Assembly: GCA_031414775.1 (NCBI GenBank)
Contig: JANOQI010000062.1
Span: 96,001 to 160,000, forward strand
Reading direction: 5' to 3'
Length of the DNA: 64,000 nt
Source of the DNA: Synechococcales cyanobacterium VAR_4_metabat_354
GTDB taxonomy: Bacteria; Cyanobacteriota; Cyanobacteriia; Cyanobacteriales; Chamaesiphonaceae
Within the stretch, counting starts at the first letter, position 1. Every line of letters begins with the position of its first letter. Below, piece after piece: positions 31,398 to 41,336 of this stretch. The notes under the pieces were generated by a model. The model saw only the letters and a program-made list of their open reading frames with translations, had not been told where the DNA came from and did no database searches. The position numbers and the translations under genes were made by a program.

Positions 31398-31814
31398 ATG
31401 ACTCCAACTCTACTTGGCCGCTGGCAACAGCGTTTGTTAGTGTTACCGACTATTGGTTTGCTATTGTCCCTGCCCCTAGCAATTAGTCAACACAGCTGGT
31501 ACTACATAATAGTTTTGTTTTATATTGGTATCGGCGGTTGCCTTTGGGACACTCTCTATCAACAACTGCAAAAAATGCGCTGGGATAACGACTGGCCAGG
31601 TTTACTCCAACTAGCTGGTGCCATTGCTGAAGGTTTGTTCTTGTCAATATTACTCAAGGTAAATATGATAGTGGGCATCAAGGCGAGTGAGCTGAACGGA
31701 ATCATGCCATTCATTCATTATGCGATCGTCAGTTTTGCCATGTTTATAGCCGCACAGAGTCTGTTACCAGTTCTATTTCCTCATGCCCGCTATCGAGGTC
31801 GTCAGTGGTTATAG
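31398..31814 (+). CDS. Conserved hypothetical membrane protein
   Basis: MTPTLLGRWQ.R, WD.LY..LQK.RWD.DWP; hydrophobic segments; starts 2 nt after the ndhH stop. Confidence 0.7.
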   Translation: MTPTLLGRWQQRLLVLPTIGLLLSLPLAISQHSWYYIIVLFYIGIGGCLWDTLYQQLQKMRWDNDWPGLLQLAGAIAEGLFLSILLKVNMIVGIKASELNGIMPFIHYAIVSFAMFIAAQSLLPVLFPHARYRGRQWL

Positions 31815-32043
31815 AAAGCATTCTTAATAAAAGAGTGAAAGAATAAACTGGTAAAGAATTGTCCGGAAATCCTCACAATTTGTTGTGCTAGGCTTAAGCA
31901 AGGCAGGTTAAAATAGATTTGCCCAGAGGAATTTAGTTCTTTTAGCTTAACTAAAGCTAAAAAATGTAAACTGTCTGTTGCTAAAACCGACTGTGGCTGA
32001 TAGCCTATCCCCTTCCATAACCTAATTTGGGATCATTTGATTT

Positions 32044-32274
32044 ATGACAAACGCCAACGAAATCACTCTTGCCGAACGTATTGAAGAAGCGAGACAAGAA
32101 GTTGCCAATCTTTGTGACACGAAAGGTGCCGATTCACCAGAATGTGCAGTTGCAGCCGACACTCTAGAAGAACTCCTAGCGGCTAAGTCTCATAAAGAGC
32201 CGGTGAAAAATTCGCTTCAGCAATATTGCGAAGACAATCCCGATGCGGCAGAGTGCCGTTTATACGAAGACTAA
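32044..32274 (+). CDS. cp12: Calvin cycle protein CP12 (core-motif Trp replaced)
   Basis: N-terminal Cys pair CDTKGADSPEC; C-terminal YCEDNPDAAECRLYED. Confidence 0.9.
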   Translation: MTNANEITLAERIEEARQEVANLCDTKGADSPECAVAADTLEELLAAKSHKEPVKNSLQQYCEDNPDAAECRLYED

Positions 32275-32361
32275 AGTTGTTTACATCTAGGGGGAAATCC
32301 CTGAAGCAGCTTTTTCTAATGCCTACAATTTTTCTCATCAACTATTTTAGATAGTCAGATC

Positions 32362-32571
32362 ATGGAAAAAAATATTACCTTTGAACAACGCATTGAGCAA
32401 ATGCGAGCAGAGGCAGACCAGGTTTGTACCATCGAAGGGAATAATTCTCCGGCCTGCGCTGTCCGTCGGGAAGTGCTAGAAGAAATGAGAGCAGCTAAAT
32501 ATCATCGTGATATTAAGGTGGCACGCAAAATGTTAAAGCAGTTTTGTATCGATCACTACTGCACTGTATAA
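32362..32571 (+). CDS. Divergent CP12 paralog
   Basis: RIEQ..AEA..VC...G.NSPACAV..EVLEEM.AAK.H aligns with the upstream CP12; shortened C-terminus FCIDHYCTV. Confidence 0.7.
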   Translation: MEKNITFEQRIEQMRAEADQVCTIEGNNSPACAVRREVLEEMRAAKYHRDIKVARKMLKQFCIDHYCTV

Positions 32572-32586
32572 ATTTTGGTAAATTAT

Positions 32587-32624
32587 AGCAGCCGTCCGAT
32601 TTAATAATCAGGCGGCTGCTTTTT
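32587..32624 (+). terminator. Intrinsic terminator after the CP12 pair
   Basis: Stem agcagccg...cggctgct followed by tttt. Confidence 0.65.
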
Positions 32625-32741
32625 AGGATTATGAGTACTAAGTCTACTGGGCTAGTTTGTTGGGCGTTGCGCCTTGATTGAGAAAAAGTTTGGTGCTCCA
32701 AACTTGCTATCCTGATAAAAGTAAATATTTAAATATTAATA

Positions 32742-33596
32742 ATGAAAACAGCATGGGTGTTTCCAGGACAGGGTTCACAAGCTTTGGGGATGGATACTAG
32801 TCTGGCACCCGACAGGTTAGCTGCCGCTAGTGATTTACTGGGTTGGTCGGTGAGTGCCGCTTGCCAAAATGCCGACCAGCTAGAAAATACCCGCTATACT
32901 CAACCCTGTCTCTATGTCGTCGAAAGTATTTTAGTAGATTGGCTCCGCCAGCAAGGGCAGCAACCTACAGTAGTTGCTGGTCATAGCTTGGGTGAATATG
33001 TCGCTCTATATGCAGCAGGGGTCTTCAGTTTCGAGACTGGTCTGGCTTTAGTGAAAAAACGAGCAGAGTTAATGGATCAAGCAGTGGGTGGAAAAATGAT
33101 GGCGCTGATTGGGTTCGATCGATCAGAGCTAACGACAGTAATTGCTCAGACAGCCGATGTAGTGTTAGCTAATGATAATAGTGCTGCCCAAGTAGTAATT
33201 TCCGGATCACCGGCAGCTGTAGATGCCGTAGTCAAACAGATTAAAGTCAAAAAAGCAGTCCCGCTCAAAGTTTCTGGAGCGTTCCATTCTCACCTAATGG
33301 CCGATGCCGCAGCTGAGTTTGAACACCTGTTGACGCAGACAGAATTTGCTGATGCTCAGATACCAGTACTATCTAATGTTGAACCAGCCCCAGCTAATAA
33401 TGCTCAAGAACTGAAAGAACGTCTCTCTCGACAGATGACCGGTTCAGTACGTTGGCTAGAGATTTGTCAACAACTAAGTGGTTTAGGAGTGACACAGGCA
33501 ATCGAAATTGGACCGGGAAAAGTTTTAACTGGTCTATTGAAGCGCACTTGTCCTGATCTAGAACTTGTCAACATCAGCAGCACTATCCAGAACTAA
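32742..33596 (+). CDS. fabD: Malonyl-CoA:ACP transacylase
   Basis: FPGQGSQ, TQPCL, GHSLGEY, VSGAFHS, EIGPGKVL. Confidence 0.96.
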   Translation: MKTAWVFPGQGSQALGMDTSLAPDRLAAASDLLGWSVSAACQNADQLENTRYTQPCLYVVESILVDWLRQQGQQPTVVAGHSLGEYVALYAAGVFSFETGLALVKKRAELMDQAVGGKMMALIGFDRSELTTVIAQTADVVLANDNSAAQVVISGSPAAVDAVVKQIKVKKAVPLKVSGAFHSHLMADAAAEFEHLLTQTEFADAQIPVLSNVEPAPANNAQELKERLSRQMTGSVRWLEICQQLSGLGVTQAIEIGPGKVLTGLLKRTCPDLELVNISSTIQN

Positions 33597-33991
33597 CGCC
33601 TAAATAAACTACAGGCCACAGCATTTGCCGATCCATCGGCAAACTTTTCCCACTTTCCATTGGGCTGTAGCCACAAATTTTCCCGACAGTTATAAACCGC
33701 TCTTGGTTGAACAATATTATCAACCATCAGCTGAGCCTGATACTCCCAATATTTTTTAGCGCTGCGGTCAATGCTCAAAATACAGACTTTCTGAGTAACA
33801 ACGCTCTTACAAAAAGATGCTTGGGCAGGGAACGTCACTAGAAATATCAGGATCAACAAACTGATGAGACACTTTCCTATCACCAATGAAAATCTTTTGA
33901 TAGATTTTCCAGACTGAAAGCTTAGATGGCAAGCTTTGAGTATTAGGCTTGATCCAAAAATAAGTAAGGAATCAAGCACCCAGAACATCAA
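33593..33991 (-). CDS. Conserved cyanobacterial exported hypothetical protein (start uncertain)
   Basis: Hydrophobic signal followed by ASFC....CILSI.RSAK.YWEY...YNCR. Confidence 0.65.
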   Translation of the reverse strand: MMFWVLDSLLIFGSSLILKACHLSFQSGKSIKRFSLVIGKCLISLLILIFLVTFPAQASFCKSVVTQKVCILSIDRSAKKYWEYQAQLMVDNIVQPRAVYNCRENLWLQPNGKWEKFADGSANAVACSLFRR

Positions 33992-33992
33992 G

Positions 33993-34367
33993 TTAACCTT
34001 CTTTTGTAATCGCTTCTAAATAGATGTGTTTATAGCCCAGCTTGATTTTAAATTCATCACCTTGCTTGAGACCCATCTCTTTGGTATAAGCCGCACCTAT
34101 TACTATTTGACCATTCTGATGAACAGTAACTTTGTAGGTAGCATCGCGACCGCGACCATCTTTCCCAGATTCTGGTCCGACAGGGACACCTTTAGCTAAA
34201 AGAACGGCATCATAGAAATCGGTCAGGTTGACACGAACCTGTCCGCTTTTAGCTATGCTGTAATAGCCACATTGTTTTGCCGTCTCACGGCGCGACAAAT
34301 GAGAAAGTTCTTTAACTTTTGATAGTAATACTTTGCCGATGAGTTGATGAGGAGCAGATTCATTCAT
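33993..34367 (-). CDS. Cyanobacterial AbrB-like transcriptional regulator (cyAbrB)
   Basis: LLSKVKEL...AKQCGYY...FYDAVL.AKG...GR...Y.V.VH.NGQIVIG.AYT...F.IKLG.KHI.L. Confidence 0.9.
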   Translation of the reverse strand: MNESAPHQLIGKVLLSKVKELSHLSRRETAKQCGYYSIAKSGQVRVNLTDFYDAVLLAKGVPVGPESGKDGRGRDATYKVTVHQNGQIVIGAAYTKEMGLKQGDEFKIKLGYKHIYLEAITKEG

Positions 34368-34520
34368 TTTGATCAAATATCCTTTTGTTCGCAGATTATT
34401 TGTAGAGTAATGGGCTTTTTTAAAATTATAGTTGCCCCTTTTTAATATATCTCTAATTTACGGTAATGCCCAAAACTTTTGCATGAAAATCCTAATATGA
34501 TCCTTAATGCGTAGCTAAAG

Positions 34521-35090
34521 TTAGGTCATAATACGTGCAATTCTTTGATGTTCCCAATTTATCTGTTGACTGAGCTGGATATTCTGCGGATCGGCTTTTC
34601 CAGCCTTTTTTAGATAAATTTTAGCTTTACCAATCTGACCAAGATCAATGAGATGTTGGCCTAAAAAATAGTAAACAATACCCTGCCATTGCCGAATATG
34701 TAGATCTTGACTATGGCGCTGTGCTAATCCATCAACTACCGCTACTGCTTGATTTAACTTACGGTGCTGAAGTAAATCTTGCAGTGTGCGGTAAGTACTC
34801 CACTTCAAATCAACTTCTCGTTGCGAAAAAGGAAAGAGTGGTGCTGGAAAGTCTTCGGTAGCTTGGTCTAAAGAAGTATTTAGACATAGCTCAGAGCTAC
34901 ATACTTTCACACTACTTTGTAAAATTTGATACGCTTGATTAAGAACCACAAATCTTTTTTGAGCATGGCGATCGGTAGGATGCAAATCAGGATGTACCAG
35001 CCGAGCTAACCGACGATAAGCAGCTCTAATATCCGTCAAAGAAGCACCAGAGACCAACTCCAATAATTGATAGCATTGATTTACTTTCAT
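34521..35090 (-). CDS. J-domain (DnaJ-like) protein with TPR-like C-terminus
   Basis: YQLLEL...IRAAYRRLARLVHPD (HPD motif). Confidence 0.85.
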   Translation of the reverse strand: MKVNQCYQLLELVSGASLTDIRAAYRRLARLVHPDLHPTDRHAQKRFVVLNQAYQILQSSVKVCSSELCLNTSLDQATEDFPAPLFPFSQREVDLKWSTYRTLQDLLQHRKLNQAVAVVDGLAQRHSQDLHIRQWQGIVYYFLGQHLIDLGQIGKAKIYLKKAGKADPQNIQLSQQINWEHQRIARIMT

Positions 35091-35160
35091 TCCACGACCA
35101 GCAAAAAGGATCAGACTTCTGAAATCAAGTCTATTATTCCCAGTTGAAGCTCAATTATGG

Positions 35161-36108
35161 CTATGGTGCTGGTGGATTAGGTGAGCTAGGTGGGGCAGGC
35201 GGCGTGACATCTTCCCAAACATCGAGCACGCTATTTTCATCTTCCTCGTTATTCGGCACAGATCTACCGGGATTTGGCCGGGGAGCTGGTGCAGTACTGC
35301 GACGCGCTGGTTCTCGGTAAGTATCACTCCAGTTTTCCTCTTCTTCATCGGCATAAGAAATCACTTCTGCCCGCAGTTTTTGCGGTTTTGGGGGAGTCCG
35401 GGGTTCTTGCCAATCGTCATCCTCCCAGGTACTCTGCATCACTGGTTCAGGCATCCGCAGTGGTCGCATTTGGGGCGGTGGAGCCACCGGTAAGCCGGCG
35501 GGTAATTGGTTCTCGGGGCGGATAATTGGTGGTCGATAGTCGCCATATTCGTCTTCCCAAGGCGCTTTGCCCAGGCCAATCCGTTCTAAAAGACCAACGG
35601 AGAGCTGTTCTAGCCGCTCTTCGGTGCCTTCAATTACAATCAGTCGATTGGGTCCACTACTCACGACTTCATCGATCGATAGCTCGTAGGTGCTAATGGC
35701 TTGATCGGGAATTAACGGGTAACCCAGGGCGGCGATAATAATTGAAGTGAGGCGGCCATCTTCACAGCTGAATCGAAACCCGCGCACTTTCCCCAGTACA
35801 TCGCCAGTTTCGGTGATCACTTCACAGTTTACTAAGCTGGTATAGGCATCGGGGTCAATATCTTCAATCACATCGTCGGTGTCTACCAAAATGCTGTCAC
35901 CGAGCTTCCGTACACTGCTCAACAACATATAACGCGCCAGATTACCTGGTACGGCCAGAATGTTATCGCGCAAGCCCAGTGCCACGACTTCGCGGCTATC
36001 GATATCCACTAAAATCTCTTTTACTACTCCCAAGGATTTGGCAGAGTCGATCGTGATTACTTGGGTGTTGATGAGATCAGAGCGTTGACGGATTAGTTCA
36101 GATGACAT
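35161..36108 (-). CDS. PRC-barrel domain protein
   Basis: Two PRC-barrel repeats (LINTQVIT; LVNCEVITETG..LGKVR); acidic, Pro-rich tail. Confidence 0.85.
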   Translation of the reverse strand: MSSELIRQRSDLINTQVITIDSAKSLGVVKEILVDIDSREVVALGLRDNILAVPGNLARYMLLSSVRKLGDSILVDTDDVIEDIDPDAYTSLVNCEVITETGDVLGKVRGFRFSCEDGRLTSIIIAALGYPLIPDQAISTYELSIDEVVSSGPNRLIVIEGTEERLEQLSVGLLERIGLGKAPWEDEYGDYRPPIIRPENQLPAGLPVAPPPQMRPLRMPEPVMQSTWEDDDWQEPRTPPKPQKLRAEVISYADEEEENWSDTYREPARRSTAPAPRPNPGRSVPNNEEDENSVLDVWEDVTPPAPPSSPNPPAP

Positions 36109-36136
36109 TAGGTGGGATCAAGAATATAAAAGAGTG

Positions 36137-39100
36137 CTAGGCCGGTGATTTGAGATTAATTCCCAGGACTTGGGTATAAGCCCCGCGCGCTTGGGTGACC
36201 CCAATGGTGCGATCGGCTGCTTCAATCATCGGTCGGCGCAGACTCACTACAATAAACTGAGCTTGTCCGGCTTGCTTTTTAATCATTTTAGCTAATCGTT
36301 CCACATTTGCCCCATCTAAGAACATATCCACTTCATCGAAAGCATAAAAAGGCGAAGGCCGATAGCGTTGCAGAGCAAAAATAAAACTCAAAGCGGTCAA
36401 GGATTTTTCGCCCCCGGACATGGAAGATAAACGTTGAATGGGCTTGCCTTTGGGATGGGCCACCAGATTTAAACCGCCATTGAAGGGATCTTGAGGATCT
36501 TCTAATTGGAGATGACCATCCCCATCGGAAAGTTCGGCAAAAATAATTTGAAAATTGGCATCCACGACATCATAGGCTTCTCGAAAAGCTTGAAAGCGCA
36601 AAGTGGTAAAGTTTTCGATCCGTAGCAGCAGTTCATTACTTTCATCGGCCAGGGTAGAGAGCTTTTGGTTGAGTTCTTCGAGGCGGGTATTAGCTTCTTC
36701 GTAAGCTTGCAGCGCTAGCATATTCACCGGCTCCATCGCTTCCATCCGTTTTTTGAGCGATCGAATCTGATTTTGTAAAGAAATTAGCTCTTCGGGATCG
36801 ATCGATGCCGTCGCCACTGGGATCTCAATACCCACGGGCAGTTCGCTGTGCTGATTAGTAATAGCCGTGGCTAAATTTACTAGGGCTTGGCGGCGCTGGT
36901 TTTGATCGGCTTGGAGCTTCTCGATCGACCACTGTTTTTCCTGTTGGCGTTGCTGAATCTGGCGTAAGGCCATCTCCACTGCGTCACGCTGGCTTTTTTC
37001 GGTACCTAAATGCTGCTCTAGCTCGGCCATCACTGCTTGGGTGCTGGCAATGGCGCTGGCGATCGTACCTAGTTCTTGCTCCACAGTAACTAACTGGATT
37101 TTTTGCTGGTCGGCCTGCTCCTGATATTCGGTGCAGCGTTGATTGGCCGTGGCAAATTTTTCTTGTCCAAGCAGCTGTTTTTGTTTGACCTCATTCAGCT
37201 GGCTATGCGCCTTCGCCAACGCCTGTTCTTGGTGCTGAAGTTCTAATTCCTGCTGACGAATATCAGACTGAATCGCTTGCCATTCTTCATGGACGGCGTT
37301 GTCTTCTAAGGCAGCGAGTTGTTGGCGCAAGGCGGCTAATTCTTCTTCATGGTTGGGCAGCAGTTGATCGATCGATCGCAAAGATTGCACTGTCTGTAAC
37401 TGTTCCTGTCGAGCTTGATCCAATTGCTGCTGCGCATGGCTTTGTTGTTGGAGCAACTGGGCAATATCTTTGGCCAACTGCTCAGTATTTAGCTGGGTCA
37501 GGCGCTGTTGTTGCTGAAGATCATTCAGCTGTTCGCTCATTGATCGCAACTTGAGATTGTCTTGGTTAATGCTGTCATTCCCTAGTTGCACAATGGTCTC
37601 AATTTCTCGCAGTCGTTGGCGGATGGTGGCAATTTCAGAGGACTCTGCAGATTCGCCGGTGCCAAATTGCAAGGTAGCTTTGTGATTAATATTGCCACCA
37701 GTCATCGCGCCGCTGGCTTCCAGTAATTCCCCGGCTAGGGTCACAATCCGCTGTTTGCCTAAGAAATTGCGGGCTTGTTGTAAATCGCGAAAAACGACCG
37801 TACTACCAAAAACATAACTAAAGATCCGATCGTAGCGTTCATCAAATTCAATCAGATTCACCGCATAATCCACAAAACCCGCCGCCGAGAGCAGACTAGA
37901 ATTTTCTTGTAAGCGGGGCGCACTGATTTTGTTTAAGGGCAAGAAAGTCGCCCGCCCCGCCCGTTTTTGTTTCAGAATCTCGATCGCCGCCGCCGCCACC
38001 CGGTCATCAGTGACCACCAGATTCCCCATCCGGGCACCAGCGGCAATCGACAGCGCCAATTGATATTCAGCATCCACCACCCCCAGCTGCGCTATCAGGC
38101 CATGTACCCCGTCCAAGTTTGCTTCCTTTATTACCTTGGTGGCAAAAGTACCCTGCGCTTCCTGCTGCACCTGCGACTGGGCTTCTAGTTTGTCGAGCTG
38201 TCGCTCTTTATCGCGCTGCTCTTGAAAAAGGCGATGTTGGGTTTCTTGCTGAGTCTTCAGGGTTTTTTCCACAGCTTGCAGCTTGCTCTCTAAGTCCGCC
38301 ATCATTCCCAAAAAGCCTGATAACTTCGCCACTAGCTGGGGCTGCTGACGCTGTTTTTCGGCCAAAACTGGCTCCACCGCAGCCAAAATCTGCTCTTGCT
38401 CGATAATTCGATTGGCTAATTGCTTTTCGCGCTCGCTCAAACCCGCTTGGGAAGTCTGCTGTTTGCCAGACGACTCCAACAACACCTCAATCTGCTTAGT
38501 GAGTTGAGTCTGCTGCTGCACCCACACCGTGGAAGAAGCCGCCAAAGAACTAGCTTTATCCTTAGTGATTTCCAATTGCTGCCGCACTTGATCGCGCTCT
38601 TGCGATCGACTAATCAGTTCTTGCTGCTCCAGTTGAGCAATGGTTGTTTGAATCCCGGCCAAATCTTGCTGGTGCTGTGCCAACTGCTGCCGATTTTGCT
38701 CTTGACTATGCTGAGTAGTCTGCTGACTGGCCACAATTTCTTGCTGGCGCTGGGTCAAGCGGCGTTGCTCGGCTTGCTGGTTGGCCAACTTGCCCTGCGC
38801 CGCCACTAGCTGTTCTTCGCCCATCGCCTTGACTCTTTGATTCAGAGCTTCTAAGGCCAGTGCTGTTTCGGTAATTTCGGTTTGCAACGTGGCTAGTTCG
38901 GTTTGCAGCCGAGTCCCAGTTTCTGCGCCCAGCTGGATTTCTTGCTGAAGTTTAGTTTGTTGTTGCTGTAACGATTGCCATTTCAAAATGGCTTCAGCGC
39001 TGGTTTTTTCTTGGAGTTCTTCCCGCAGTTTTTGATATTTTTCTGCTTTGATCCGATCTTGAGATAATCGATCGCGCTGAGCGATTAATTCCATCACCAC

Positions 39101-39748
39101 AATCTGACAGCGATCAGTTTTATCTTTCACCTCTGCGAGCGTGGATTTAGTCTGATTAATCTTGCGATCGAATGCCGCCACCCCCGCCAACTCATCAATA
39201 ATTTCGCGCCGCTCTCGCGCATTCATCGAAATAATGCTGGTAACATCCCCCTGCAACACCACGTTATAGCCTTCTGGGTATACCCGCAGCTTATTCAGTT
39301 TCTCATGCAGCTCACCCAGAGTAACTGGTTCACCATTAATGTAGTAGTTTGAAGTGTAACCTCCCTGGGCATTAACCCGCAGACGGCGAGTCACACTCCA
39401 ATCGGTCGCTACTAGATTAGTTCCCTCTTTCGCCTCAACGGGAGTGGACTCTGCACTGGTCTCCTCTGGACTTAAATCATCCTCTGGAGTCAAATCAAAA
39501 GTCACCGTCACACTGGCTTCCCGGCCACTGCGCTGCGCATTATTGTGATTCACCAAATCGGGTAGCCTTTCTGCTCGCATCCCTTTGGAGCTAGCTAATC
39601 CCAAACAAAATAATAAAGCATCTAAAATATTAGATTTGCCAGAACCGTTAGGACCAGAAACCACTGTAAAACCAGGCAGTATTGGTACCGCAGTGGTACC
39701 ACCGAAAGACTTAAAATGAGAAAGCTCGACTCGCTTGATATTCACCAT
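36137..39748 (-). CDS. smc: Chromosome segregation protein SMC
   Basis: Walker A GPNGSGKS, coiled coils, hinge GRATFLPL, signature MSGGEK, Walker B FDEVD. Confidence 0.97.
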   Translation of the reverse strand: MVNIKRVELSHFKSFGGTTAVPILPGFTVVSGPNGSGKSNILDALLFCLGLASSKGMRAERLPDLVNHNNAQRSGREASVTVTFDLTPEDDLSPEETSAESTPVEAKEGTNLVATDWSVTRRLRVNAQGGYTSNYYINGEPVTLGELHEKLNKLRVYPEGYNVVLQGDVTSIISMNARERREIIDELAGVAAFDRKINQTKSTLAEVKDKTDRCQIVVMELIAQRDRLSQDRIKAEKYQKLREELQEKTSAEAILKWQSLQQQQTKLQQEIQLGAETGTRLQTELATLQTEITETALALEALNQRVKAMGEEQLVAAQGKLANQQAEQRRLTQRQQEIVASQQTTQHSQEQNRQQLAQHQQDLAGIQTTIAQLEQQELISRSQERDQVRQQLEITKDKASSLAASSTVWVQQQTQLTKQIEVLLESSGKQQTSQAGLSEREKQLANRIIEQEQILAAVEPVLAEKQRQQPQLVAKLSGFLGMMADLESKLQAVEKTLKTQQETQHRLFQEQRDKERQLDKLEAQSQVQQEAQGTFATKVIKEANLDGVHGLIAQLGVVDAEYQLALSIAAGARMGNLVVTDDRVAAAAIEILKQKRAGRATFLPLNKISAPRLQENSSLLSAAGFVDYAVNLIEFDERYDRIFSYVFGSTVVFRDLQQARNFLGKQRIVTLAGELLEASGAMTGGNINHKATLQFGTGESAESSEIATIRQRLREIETIVQLGNDSINQDNLKLRSMSEQLNDLQQQQRLTQLNTEQLAKDIAQLLQQQSHAQQQLDQARQEQLQTVQSLRSIDQLLPNHEEELAALRQQLAALEDNAVHEEWQAIQSDIRQQELELQHQEQALAKAHSQLNEVKQKQLLGQEKFATANQRCTEYQEQADQQKIQLVTVEQELGTIASAIASTQAVMAELEQHLGTEKSQRDAVEMALRQIQQRQQEKQWSIEKLQADQNQRRQALVNLATAITNQHSELPVGIEIPVATASIDPEELISLQNQIRSLKKRMEAMEPVNMLALQAYEEANTRLEELNQKLSTLADESNELLLRIENFTTLRFQAFREAYDVVDANFQIIFAELSDGDGHLQLEDPQDPFNGGLNLVAHPKGKPIQRLSSMSGGEKSLTALSFIFALQRYRPSPFYAFDEVDMFLDGANVERLAKMIKKQAGQAQFIVVSLRRPMIEAADRTIGVTQARGAYTQVLGINLKSPA

Positions 39749-39967
39749 GATTGATCGCCAACTAAATTGATTGGTTTAACAATCTGTTTTGTGAATACGA
39801 TAACCATATGTGTTTGCTGTAACTTTTCGATTGGATACTAGTCAAAATTTCAGCGAAATGGACGATTACCAATACTCAACGCTAGAGTGATAATTTAGCA
39901 CACCTGGTGTCATAATCAGACCATATTTAATAAGCACCATAATTTATTTTTTAGGGATCGGCTTCTC

Positions 39968-41305
39968 ATGGGACGGATTTTTATTGCAGCTACCTACGGT
40001 GGGATCGAATTAGGAGAGCAAGAACCAGATTCGGCATTGGGAGTAACCACGGAAGCACAAGAAATGTTACTGCTCCGCGATCAGGTGGTACCCGAGTTAC
40101 GTGCCCGCGGTTTTGATGTAATTTCTGTCCCCGATTTGGAAAATCCTCGGCAATCGATCGACTGGATCAACCAACGAGCACATTCTGATGATGTGGCTTT
40201 GGGTATTCATGCCGATGCTTATTCTAAGTCTCAAGTACAAGGAGTGAGTATTTTTTATATTGGTAAAAATGGCGAACGTAAAAATCATGCCCAAATCATG
40301 TTGTCTGCTTTTTGTCGGAAGGTACCAGACTTACCCAGTTTGGGTGTAAAACCAGATAGTGCGACGGCACTGGGCAGTCTGGCCTTCTGTCGGCGGGTGG
40401 CGGTGCCCTCCTTAATGATGGAAATTGGTCTCAAGATCGACAATCTAGACCGCACCGAGCTACAAAGATATCGGAAAGAAGTAGCTTTGGGTATTACCGA
40501 TGGCCTAGCAGCTTGGCATCGAGACAATCAGGGCAGCAACAACAAGAATGCAGATTATTTACCCATTAATCTCAAAGTTAATGACGAAGATTACCCTGAA
40601 AAAGGTGTACTGATTAATGGCAATGTTTATGTATCGATCGACTTAGCTGACCAGTTAGGCGTAAACTTGTCGGCGAACAATATTGTGCGCCCAGTCCGTT
40701 ATCGGGGCGTGGTTTATGTAAAAGCCATCGAATTACGGGATTTCCACATTGCCGTGAATGCTGGAGTGGGGCGAACTTTCCTGATTAATTCGCACCTGCC
40801 AGTCACCTTTGATGAAATGGAGCGGCTGTCCGGGCGAGGTCGGGCTTCAGCGCCGCAACTGTACAGTTTTCTGGCCGTTAATCAACCAGCTCTACCAGCA
40901 GCATTAACTGACCTACCCAAAATTTACATTAGAGAATGTGCGATCGAAGGAATCAATCATGATTTAGCCTTTGTGCAAATGTGCCTAGAAACCAAATTTT
41001 TGAATTTTAGAGGCAACTTGAGTGCTGATCAAAACAACTTTGCTAATCTAGGTGGGACGAATGCTGACTGGGCCAGCTTTTCGACCCCAGAAGCTGGGGT
41101 ACGAGCACATGTGCAACAACTCAAGGCTTATGCCAACACCGCCCCTCTCCAGCAGCCCCTGATCGCCCCCCGCTTTGACATCGTAATGCGGGGAATTGCC
41201 CCCACAGTCCGACAATTAACCGGCCGCTGGTCTACCGATCGACATTACGGCCAAAAGATTTTGGCCATGATGCGTCGGATGTACGAATTCGCCAATTTGT
41301 TCTAA
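39968..41305 (+). CDS. Amidase_3 + glucosaminidase-like cell wall protein (TftA-like)
   Basis: MGRIFI...GG...TTEAQEM, IHADA, LMMEIG; C-terminal EGINHD.AF.QMCLET, QNNFA.LG, GVRAHVQ.LKAYA. Confidence 0.75.
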   Translation: MGRIFIAATYGGIELGEQEPDSALGVTTEAQEMLLLRDQVVPELRARGFDVISVPDLENPRQSIDWINQRAHSDDVALGIHADAYSKSQVQGVSIFYIGKNGERKNHAQIMLSAFCRKVPDLPSLGVKPDSATALGSLAFCRRVAVPSLMMEIGLKIDNLDRTELQRYRKEVALGITDGLAAWHRDNQGSNNKNADYLPINLKVNDEDYPEKGVLINGNVYVSIDLADQLGVNLSANNIVRPVRYRGVVYVKAIELRDFHIAVNAGVGRTFLINSHLPVTFDEMERLSGRGRASAPQLYSFLAVNQPALPAALTDLPKIYIRECAIEGINHDLAFVQMCLETKFLNFRGNLSADQNNFANLGGTNADWASFSTPEAGVRAHVQQLKAYANTAPLQQPLIAPRFDIVMRGIAPTVRQLTGRWSTDRHYGQKILAMMRRMYEFANLF

Positions 41306-41336
41306 AGTTCACTGCAATTTTGCCACCAGATTAGCC

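Noticed and set aside
36800..39000. Gln-rich low-complexity region and antisense ORFs within smc
   Set aside because: Ordinary coiled-coil coding; the shadow ORFs have no independent support
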